This document shows, one piece after another, positions 57,301 to 64,000 of a DNA stretch of 64,000 nucleotides. The first letter of the stretch is position 1, and the number at the start of each line of letters is the position of its first letter. The notes beneath the pieces were generated by a model. The model had not been told where the DNA came from. It was given only the letters and a program-made list of their open reading frames with translations, and did no database searches. This stretch comes from a virus: the IMG/VR virus record IMGVR_UViG_3300043446_003110. One strand, given 5' to 3'. Made by a program: the position numbers and the translations under genes.

Positions 57301-60300
57301 ATAGTGAACGTTCATATCCGTCCACAAAAGATGTGCGACCATTCCAATTCAATTGTGCTATATTAGATTCACCAAACCTAGAACGAGATGAAGATACTAG
57401 ATTTTGATAAAATAATATGTTGTCATCATTAAAACCTTGTTTTAAATCGGCTTCAACTTTTACATTTGGTATAACAACAATTTTAGAACTAGTATTTTGT
57501 TTGTAAGAATATTCTAGAACAAGATAAATTTTATCTGATAATTCTTCTTTTTGTATATATGGAATAATATCAACTTTTGGAGTTGCTTTTGCCTGTAGTA
57601 CGCCACCAAGTTCATCAGATGGTTTGTAAAATAAGTTGGCATCTGTTCTGCCAGTTATATTATATTCTACAAAATTATAATCAATACCTTCTTCACTATC
57701 TAGACTATAAGAAAAATTAGCTTGATCATTGATAGGACTACCCAAGTCATAATATACCGTAGCTCCATCTGTTACGGTTTCATACTCTATTCTGATACCG
57801 GAAATAGCTGGAATAGCTGGATATATTATTTCTTGATCTACTTTTTCGGCAGCTGCTAATAATGGTATAGGTTCTTGATTCTTTGTTGGAGAATCTGGAG
57901 AATTATTTACGCTACAGTCTGGAACATAAGATCCAAAAATAAATGGCCAATTTTTTTGATAAATTACTGGAACTGAACCTCTAACTGTTTGTTTGCAACA
58001 GAGTTCATTCCATTCTGCTCTTAAATCACCATAATTTCTGAGTGGCATTTGACATTTAGTTTGAATCTGTACCTTTTCTGGTGACATCGGATCGCACAAT
58101 GAAACTTCTTCACATGGCATTTCCTCGTCGTAATCAAATACTATTTTTATATCTGCTACACCACTACCCCTAACTGGTGAACGTTTTATATAAGTTGAAG
58201 TAGATCCTCTTGGTATAAATGATGGAACTATATTATTAAATGTAGTATATCCATCTGGCAAAGATTCATATTGGTTTCTAGCCGGAACAATTCTCATATT
58301 TGATTTTAATCGTGCTAATAACTTGTTAATAATATCATTAGATTTAGCATAAATTCCACTAGCTTCCCATCTTGGATCATTGCCAACAAGAACTAAGTGC
58401 CTATCACCTAAAGCCAACCAGCTCTCTATACTTTCAAAAATAGTGTCACTTAACCTATCTTCGGCTGGGGTAATAATAAAAACTAATCCAGCTTCTCGGG
58501 GTATATTCAAATTTTCTTGGAATGGAGTTTTAGTAAAGTTTTTATCTACAAATATACCACTTAAATATCCAAAACATCCAGAGTCAGCAGTATTTGCACT
58601 AATATTTTCGTGTAAATTTCCAAAAGCACCGTATTCAATAGCAGTGCTATGTGGATAATATTTACGAGATTCAAATATATGGGCAGAACCGGCGTATAAA
58701 CTAGACGCCCATGAAGGTGTAATTTTTCCTGCTAAATTGCTATCTGGATCTGGATCTAAATATGTAGCAGAATAACTTTTACCGCCATAAGACCCATCAG
58801 TATAATATACATCAGTATCATTATATAGATTTAAGCTATCAGTTGGCGCACCAGCAACTACAACGCTACCGTCTTCATTTACATCTACGCTGTATCCTAA
58901 TCTCGCCGTAGGTGCATATGTATCTGTAATAAATTTCCAACTACCCAAAGCTTGAATATTACTATATGAAAAATTATGAACATTTTTGTATTCTTGTATG
59001 TCATTATCTAATCTGACAAAAAATTTATCTTCTTGATCCAAGGATAAATATAATTCATGTTTTGCTTTTATTCCCTGTGCGGCATTAGCATAATATTTTT
59101 CTAATTGTTGAAAATATTTCTGTTTTCTTTTACTTTCTACCCATGGTATTAACGCATCGTCAAACAGTCTTTCTCTAGCTTCATAATCTCTTTCATATAT
59201 TTTTACGGCTTGTGATATGTATGGAGATCCTATTGCAATTACTTCTCCATTGTCACTAATACTAACAGCATGACCAAATCTATCATAATATTCTGATGAA
59301 ATATTGGGGGATCTAATTTCTTGTATCAAATTCCATGCGCCACTTTCTTTCTCAAAAATATAAACCTTACCTCCACTGTCTGGTGGAATGTTAAAATTTT
59401 TGTCATACTTGTTGAATTGTCCAACATTAGTAGAAAATAATTTAGCTTGATTTTTTTGAACTAATTTTCCAGTGTCTAATACTTCATCTATTATATATTG
59501 AGACATTTCGATCCAATCTATGTCTCCTTCTGTCTCAAATTCTGCCACATAACCGGAAGCGGGGACTCCAAAAAAATCTTTGACACCACTAGAAAAAGTA
59601 TATTGTTTGTAAAAATCAATAAAATTGTCAATTGCTGGCTGCAAAGCTTCTTTTCCGCCAACCCCGTTGCTTCCATCGTAGGCAATTCCTAGTAATGGTG
59701 GCAATCCACTATTAATAGCAGTATTTGAATAAGGAAAAGCTTCTAAAAATCCAGATTTTATACCACTAAAAGTGTTTAGTATTGTTTCTTGTGATAGTGG
59801 ATATCCTTCATTTTTTTTGATTCGCTTGAGCGTGATAAATGATGGCATATCTGGAAATTGAGCGTCTGGCTCATTGGGATCATTGGTAACTGCATAAATC
59901 ACTATTTTAAGATCAAATCTTACTCTAGGAGTTGCAAAGTATTTAAATACAACATCTTTTGTATACAAATGCTTAAGAACAGTATCATATGTAAAATATA
60001 CCAGACTTTGTTTTATTATAACAGGTATTTCATGTTTGAATTCAGAATTATCTACAAATAACATTATACCAACAGATACTGGTGTTGGCTCGTCTTCTTC
60101 AAATGTACGTGTCCATCTAGCACCGACCCCGCCGACTACAACAATTTCTTGTCTATTTTCTCCTATAGATTTTATCTTATCATTGATTGAAACATCTACT
60201 GAATGACCGAACTGCCTTCCGTCTTGACCAACATGCCATGAAGTTTGAATTCCTTCAAAATTTGATGGTAAACCATTTATTTGAATTTTTTGTTCTATCC

Positions 60301-60904
60301 CATAATCTCCAAATAGTCCAGATGGTAATGTTAATTCTTTTTCAAGTATCCAAGATGATTTATAGTTATCTAATGGCCAATCTATTGTGTTTGGACGAGG
60401 ATTTCTACGATATAAGAATACTTTACCAGCATTTTCAAAAATAACTCCACCAGAAGTAACGGGAATTTTTGGACACCCAACAGCAAGAAGATCTTCTTTT
60501 GATGCTATTGATTTTGCAAATTCTCCACCTTGAATAGTGTTACTGTCTATTCTAAATCCTGAGTAATCAGAACTTATTTTATCATCTGGGTTTTTATTAT
60601 ATTCTACTTCTATGATTTCTGTTGGTATTTTTATTGCAGCTTCTGAACCAGATTTACCGGTTATATTAACAACGTAAGGAAGATTTGGAGCCAATCCGCT
60701 GTATTTTCTTATTCCATAAAAGTGTCCGCTGTACGAAAATGGTTCGTAGATAGTGGTGCCGTTTTCAGTATGCTTAAAACCACTAGCAAAAGAAAGATTA
60801 GTATATGTGTTCTTAGGACGAAATACTCCACCGTCAACACAAATTTCTGGATAATACCATTTAACACCATGAATATCAACTATGGCCTCTGTGCAGCGAC
60901 TCAT
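54374..60904 (-). CDS. Giant virion protein with FG-GAP-type beta-propeller repeats (2176 aa)
   Basis: Seven FGxSV...vvGAP...GxVYxY repeats dispersed along the protein. Confidence 0.8.
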   Translation of the reverse strand: MSRCTEAIVDIHGVKWYYPEICVDGGVFRPKNTYTNLSFASGFKHTENGTTIYEPFSYSGHFYGIRKYSGLAPNLPYVVNITGKSGSEAAIKIPTEIIEVEYNKNPDDKISSDYSGFRIDSNTIQGGEFAKSIASKEDLLAVGCPKIPVTSGGVIFENAGKVFLYRRNPRPNTIDWPLDNYKSSWILEKELTLPSGLFGDYGIEQKIQINGLPSNFEGIQTSWHVGQDGRQFGHSVDVSINDKIKSIGENRQEIVVVGGVGARWTRTFEEDEPTPVSVGIMLFVDNSEFKHEIPVIIKQSLVYFTYDTVLKHLYTKDVVFKYFATPRVRFDLKIVIYAVTNDPNEPDAQFPDMPSFITLKRIKKNEGYPLSQETILNTFSGIKSGFLEAFPYSNTAINSGLPPLLGIAYDGSNGVGGKEALQPAIDNFIDFYKQYTFSSGVKDFFGVPASGYVAEFETEGDIDWIEMSQYIIDEVLDTGKLVQKNQAKLFSTNVGQFNKYDKNFNIPPDSGGKVYIFEKESGAWNLIQEIRSPNISSEYYDRFGHAVSISDNGEVIAIGSPYISQAVKIYERDYEARERLFDDALIPWVESKRKQKYFQQLEKYYANAAQGIKAKHELYLSLDQEDKFFVRLDNDIQEYKNVHNFSYSNIQALGSWKFITDTYAPTARLGYSVDVNEDGSVVVAGAPTDSLNLYNDTDVYYTDGSYGGKSYSATYLDPDPDSNLAGKITPSWASSLYAGSAHIFESRKYYPHSTAIEYGAFGNLHENISANTADSGCFGYLSGIFVDKNFTKTPFQENLNIPREAGLVFIITPAEDRLSDTIFESIESWLALGDRHLVLVGNDPRWEASGIYAKSNDIINKLLARLKSNMRIVPARNQYESLPDGYTTFNNIVPSFIPRGSTSTYIKRSPVRGSGVADIKIVFDYDEEMPCEEVSLCDPMSPEKVQIQTKCQMPLRNYGDLRAEWNELCCKQTVRGSVPVIYQKNWPFIFGSYVPDCSVNNSPDSPTKNQEPIPLLAAAEKVDQEIIYPAIPAISGIRIEYETVTDGATVYYDLGSPINDQANFSYSLDSEEGIDYNFVEYNITGRTDANLFYKPSDELGGVLQAKATPKVDIIPYIQKEELSDKIYLVLEYSYKQNTSSKIVVIPNVKVEADLKQGFNDDNILFYQNLVSSSRSRFGESNIAQLNWNGRTSFVDGYERSLLRDALNAWNNVDLNVSTLFNKYNVAWLPNINGEISESQLRNLSTWLSAGNKKLVITTEDTIDGINHAKNLCSLLGIQLELIQKYDFSYHKHFFGLLWVNTDHQVGGDSFINVSKSKSTNYFISTTPYMGMYAFKKNEGAVPLIYYDKPLYDEIPREYNSNNWELNPGIVQINFPVLPGSGYRLFITTDSQNPNEYEYLSADVEDASAFADSPYPDIILRDIVELDTDRQPYGSRYIRSSVPTIKCDSSCYADLQVGDTDNISVYISCVRARLSNDRQPKSVRLIGVSGTLIPIYQKAVPNNKSIPVGVSYYIESEAKPEYKETIKVIRSISTDNTKYCTKSCQFLGHKLIEDGPVVAAQQMETFSQFDAGYARSRITVITDSSILQGRYVLGEDNRLPQDTYEFLRSLYPETEFTSLEYGRHFDVYNKIISPQRGSPSKYHLNSPELGLNKNFGNSSDAPLNAINPYESRYLFDNVKRPELPWEDVQDDKIRAYIKNIFISGFLVSQTKYSATSRISGVIDGKTYYDASIGGGLPLILHEKGYDYLDFDKFPSGYPGDLFGYSVCVRGEKVLIGSPFSAFTEDSLSPWYSGIPLSLGNDGGAGAVYMFDKSINNKWLATSKLKPSSLKGQLSGINTYSDQFGHSVDMQYDTIIVGAPNHSYNSYYENIYSQGSFARKNFNPQFDIPKRNIYDLGYSGIRDSLSINDAYQHNMGAIYLYENKISDWENKQQSWKLVEKVVSLHDQPSGERFGRTVYLTRPTKPYRSDADYCIFAGCNFASGTVTNVGVAYAKDIMLKSQKPSLPSTGAWISAKVFGYRDVNNNPTVPLQFSNIGNNVKYYNSGIVVTTSKGEIFIEVSGQDFAPKGFISHRPYIESVYGHYQYGKLVDDSLSLRVDCGHIPPSSQLPLIIDVENSAYVYNTLGLYNYVKSGDISASPSGLNLFAECASGSSIEYLNLYSSGIGSLIDVLNLSVRGK

Positions 60905-63900
60905 TGTTTACAACCTCCGTAGCAGATCAAATCCGTTCCTCTTATGTTATCATCAGAATCAACATATGCATAAACATTATCCACAGATGTAATACCTTGA
61001 CCAATATTATCGCTATCCCACTTAATAGTTGCGCTGGTAGAAGCTAATGAATCTGATATTGGATAATTGAGTGTAACCAGCGGTAAATTACCAGACGCAT
61101 TAAATAAATCTGGAATGAATCCAGAAAGGTGTAGCCCAATTGATCCGCTGGCATTATTTACTATTACATCATTATTATACACATATAATGGCATAGTTGA
61201 AAATGGGTATGCATTTATAGATTTATTAATACCTTTAATTCTAAGAGATATATTATCATCTATAATCACAGATCCAGTTGGACTTAATGCGACGAAATTC
61301 AAGGAATTGCTTGCACTAAATGCCATGCCGCTGGTATATAGTGGTAAGGTGCTTTCAGTCATGAACTCTCCACTAACATATAGCGACATACCCTTGAGTG
61401 GAGATGATCCAAATAGTCCAGCGAATATTTGTTCACTACTATCAACAACGCCATTGCCAATAGTAAATAAATTTAGTGTTTTCGGTGGTACATAAAATCC
61501 ACTGCTATCAAGAAAAATATTTAGCCTATCATTTAGTGGTATGGGTAAATGACCCTTAGTGACCAGATTTATATAATTTGGACTAGCTTCAATTACCGTG
61601 CCATCTTCTGGAGCAAACAAATTCATTATTCCAAATTGATAATATGCTCCACTCACATGTAGAGATAATGGAGTGACGGTGCTGGAGTATTCACCTAAAA
61701 AGATAGCATTATCAGATCTAATATTAGTATTATGTATTTTAATCTTAGATTTATATGGTGCGCCAGATGGATATACAACATCATATTGTAAAAACATTTG
61801 ATTAATGTCATCTACAAAATATGTTTCTTTGAATTCTTTGCTATATATTTCTTCAGTAAAAATAGCCCATGGTTCAGATTTATCAAGAATATCATCAAAA
61901 GTTAATCTACTAGTAATCTTCCTTATGCAACCAGATGGCTCTAGATAATGAATTGATCTATTGACAAGTCCAAGAGACTTGCTTTTCATATATGGGTTAT
62001 CTTTTGTTGGCGTATACAAACTGATTATTAATTTTGCGCCAACATTGTTATCTGGCCATATAAAGTCATTATTTGTTTCATGTTCTATTACCGTGTCAAC
62101 AAATAAAGCTTTTTCTTTGAAATTGTATCCTTTTGGTAAATTTTTAGAAATTCTTGGAGCTATAGCATGGAATCTATTTATATCTAAATCATCTATATTA
62201 GATAGATCTAGTCTTAAAAAGTCATTTTCAATTTGAGTATGGTATGAAACTCCAGATAAATATATGTTTGATGGCAATAGTTTATCAGTATATTGAGAGT
62301 AACCAGATCCATGGTGATTTAAACTAAAAGTAATGTAGTCTTTACCTTCTCTCTTAGTATAACGATCAAATGATGGAGAAAATTGACATATTTTGAATGC
62401 ACCAAGTTTCCATTTTGAAATATCATCGTCAATGTTTTCACCAAGCACTTTGTAAGAATCAAAAAAGTCTTTAGCTGTAATTTGATTAATGAATCTATCT
62501 GGATTTGATTGTAAGATATTACAAAAAGCATTGGAGCATCCAATTTCGTGCAAAAACATTGGAAGGGCCGGATAGGTTGTAAAGTTTTGAGAAAAACCTA
62601 TACGTAAAGTTGGATTATTAGATAAAATATATGTTTCTATTGATTCTGATTCTGCTCGTAAATATTCAAAAGATAAATTTGAACTATTATCAGTATAGAG
62701 TTTGTATTTATATGATAGTCCATCATCATTATATGTAATTAAAATAGGTATGGGAAATTGATAATTTGATATTGGTATGGTATCTGTTATTGTTACAATA
62801 GTATCATCTGATTTTCTTATTTTCAGTTTTAATATACCGTTTTCGCAGATTAACGCTAAAGAATATTTGTTATTATTTTCATAAGATAATATAACGCAGT
62901 TATTCAAATCATTTGTAGAGACTTTATCTGGACTAAATCTAATAAATAGTGCAAATCCTAAGATATTGTTTGCATTGCCGCCATCGTCAAATGAGTTATT
63001 ATTTAATGCATAAAATTCTAATGAATTTGCAGATGATATTCTAGCAGATCTATCAAAGGCATCGAATATATTACTTGACCAAGAGGTAGATTTGTAATCA
63101 GTAGTAATGCCATCTATCAATTGATCTGATGAATACCTCCAACCAAAATTAGAAAGTATATTTAAAGATGTTGCAGATTGTCCAATTAAATTATTTTTAT
63201 GATCATATATGTCAGCATCATCTATATTAGTAAAATCTACATATGATGTTAAAAATGGAGTATCAGACTGTTTATGATTAAATGAAAAATCAAATTCATA
63301 ACGAGAAAAGTCACCACCACTAAAAATATCTCCAGTATTTCCTCTCCATCTCCTAGCTAGATTAGATGACAAGTAATCTGGACTTGAAAAACCTATTGGT
63401 ATACCACTTACTTGCTTGTCGCTTGTAATTGTTCCTTGACCTTCTGGAAACAAAATAATAGATTTTTGAATAGCATTTTTATTAGACGGGCTTCCAATAG
63501 TATGCATCATCAACGCATTGGCTGGCTTGTAATATACATTTAAGCTAACATAAGATATTGATGCTCCACTTGGTATTGGACAAATATCTAAATATAGGTG
63601 TTCAAAGTATGGACTTAATGAATATTTTGTGTATCCTAATTTTCGTGGATTTTGATAAATCTCTAGTGGTACAATATATTCTTTGAACTCTGTACTATCT
63701 ACAGTTACTAAATTGCTGACAACATAATGATCACCAAGGGGAGAAACATCATAATTAAAATAATCTGAAAAATCAGATATGCTACTATTTGATAAACCAT
63801 AATTGTTATTTAATAAACCAGAGACATTTGGAACATTATTTTGGTTAAATACTAATGAACCACTATTTTGTAAGAATCCCCCAATTGGGCTTGTAACGTA

Positions 63901-64000
63901 TAACAATTTATCATCACTATATCCAACTACATCAATATTGTAATCTGATTGGCCAGATAATTTTTTGGCAATAATACGTAACTCTACACTATCTACTTCA
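60901..64000 (-). CDS. Large virion protein with LamG/concanavalin-like segment, 5' truncated by window
   Basis: Frame open to window edge; FALFIRFSP..ILS..YSLALICENGILKL..ILITY..YKLY resembles LamG; C-terminal LxL repeats. Confidence 0.65.
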   Translation of the reverse strand, partial: EVDSVELRIIAKKLSGQSDYNIDVVGYSDDKLLYVTSPIGGFLQNSGSLVFNQNNVPNVSGLLNNNYGLSNSSISDFSDYFNYDVSPLGDHYVVSNLVTVDSTEFKEYIVPLEIYQNPRKLGYTKYSLSPYFEHLYLDICPIPSGASISYVSLNVYYKPANALMMHTIGSPSNKNAIQKSIILFPEGQGTITSDKQVSGIPIGFSSPDYLSSNLARRWRGNTGDIFSGGDFSRYEFDFSFNHKQSDTPFLTSYVDFTNIDDADIYDHKNNLIGQSATSLNILSNFGWRYSSDQLIDGITTDYKSTSWSSNIFDAFDRSARISSANSLEFYALNNNSFDDGGNANNILGFALFIRFSPDKVSTNDLNNCVILSYENNNKYSLALICENGILKLKIRKSDDTIVTITDTIPISNYQFPIPILITYNDDGLSYKYKLYTDNSSNLSFEYLRAESESIETYILSNNPTLRIGFSQNFTTYPALPMFLHEIGCSNAFCNILQSNPDRFINQITAKDFFDSYKVLGENIDDDISKWKLGAFKICQFSPSFDRYTKREGKDYITFSLNHHGSGYSQYTDKLLPSNIYLSGVSYHTQIENDFLRLDLSNIDDLDINRFHAIAPRISKNLPKGYNFKEKALFVDTVIEHETNNDFIWPDNNVGAKLIISLYTPTKDNPYMKSKSLGLVNRSIHYLEPSGCIRKITSRLTFDDILDKSEPWAIFTEEIYSKEFKETYFVDDINQMFLQYDVVYPSGAPYKSKIKIHNTNIRSDNAIFLGEYSSTVTPLSLHVSGAYYQFGIMNLFAPEDGTVIEASPNYINLVTKGHLPIPLNDRLNIFLDSSGFYVPPKTLNLFTIGNGVVDSSEQIFAGLFGSSPLKGMSLYVSGEFMTESTLPLYTSGMAFSASNSLNFVALSPTGSVIIDDNISLRIKGINKSINAYPFSTMPLYVYNNDVIVNNASGSIGLHLSGFIPDLFNASGNLPLVTLNYPISDSLASTSATIKWDSDNIGQGITSVDNVYAYVDSDDNIRGTDLICYGGCKQ

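Noticed and set aside
226-62543. Numerous 60-160 aa antisense or alternate-frame ORFs in the track (e.g. 20444-20926, 42214-42621, 61067-61495)
   Set aside because: They lie wholly opposite or inside well-supported genes, with no motifs; typical shadow ORFs
1-64000. Stop-codon reassignment (alternative genetic code)
   Set aside because: Conserved genes are full length in code 11, and TAA, TAG and TGA all end genes at coupled junctions
1-64000. tRNA, rRNA or large structured ncRNA genes
   Set aside because: Intergenic gaps are nearly all under about 120 bp and are explained by promoters/terminators; no cloverleaf recognised by eye (tRNAscan-SE/Infernal not run)

Overview
This is a 64 kb, AT-rich (about 30% GC by eye), densely coding segment of a large tailed-phage genome, jumbo-type Caudoviricetes, in the standard genetic code. 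I saw no rRNA, tRNA, CRISPR array, integrase or transposase. The plus strand (1-43.3 kb) carries: an rIIB tail end; nucleotide metabolism genes (guaC, two deaminases, an N-deoxyribosyltransferase-like protein, nrdAB, dut, dNMP kinase); a sigma-70-like factor; a membrane/lysis-like cassette; phoH; and replication/recombination genes (RecA, UvsY-like, DnaB, DnaG, Cas4-like nuclease, two SSBs, a Rad52-like annealase). It also has a DnaE polymerase split in two around a DEDDh exonuclease gene, a bacterioferritin-like gene and a roughly 10 kb glycosyltransferase island. The minus strand (43.3-64 kb) encodes very large virion/tail proteins. The most promising novelties are: (1) a candidate sensor-gated lysis/envelope module, made of a membrane-anchored PAS-domain protein, a holin-like protein, a papain-family protease and lipo/membrane proteins, with no recognisable muralytic enzyme in the cluster; (2) an intein-free split DnaE with a degenerate PHP domain and an interposed proofreading gene; (3) a membrane-tethered stand-alone RuvA domain III-like protein; (4) a bacterioferritin with a degenerate ferroxidase centre next to a HiPIP-like Cys protein; (5) a large glycosylation island together with Ser-Gly-enriched virion proteins. 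All family calls come from motif recognition by eye; no database searches were run.
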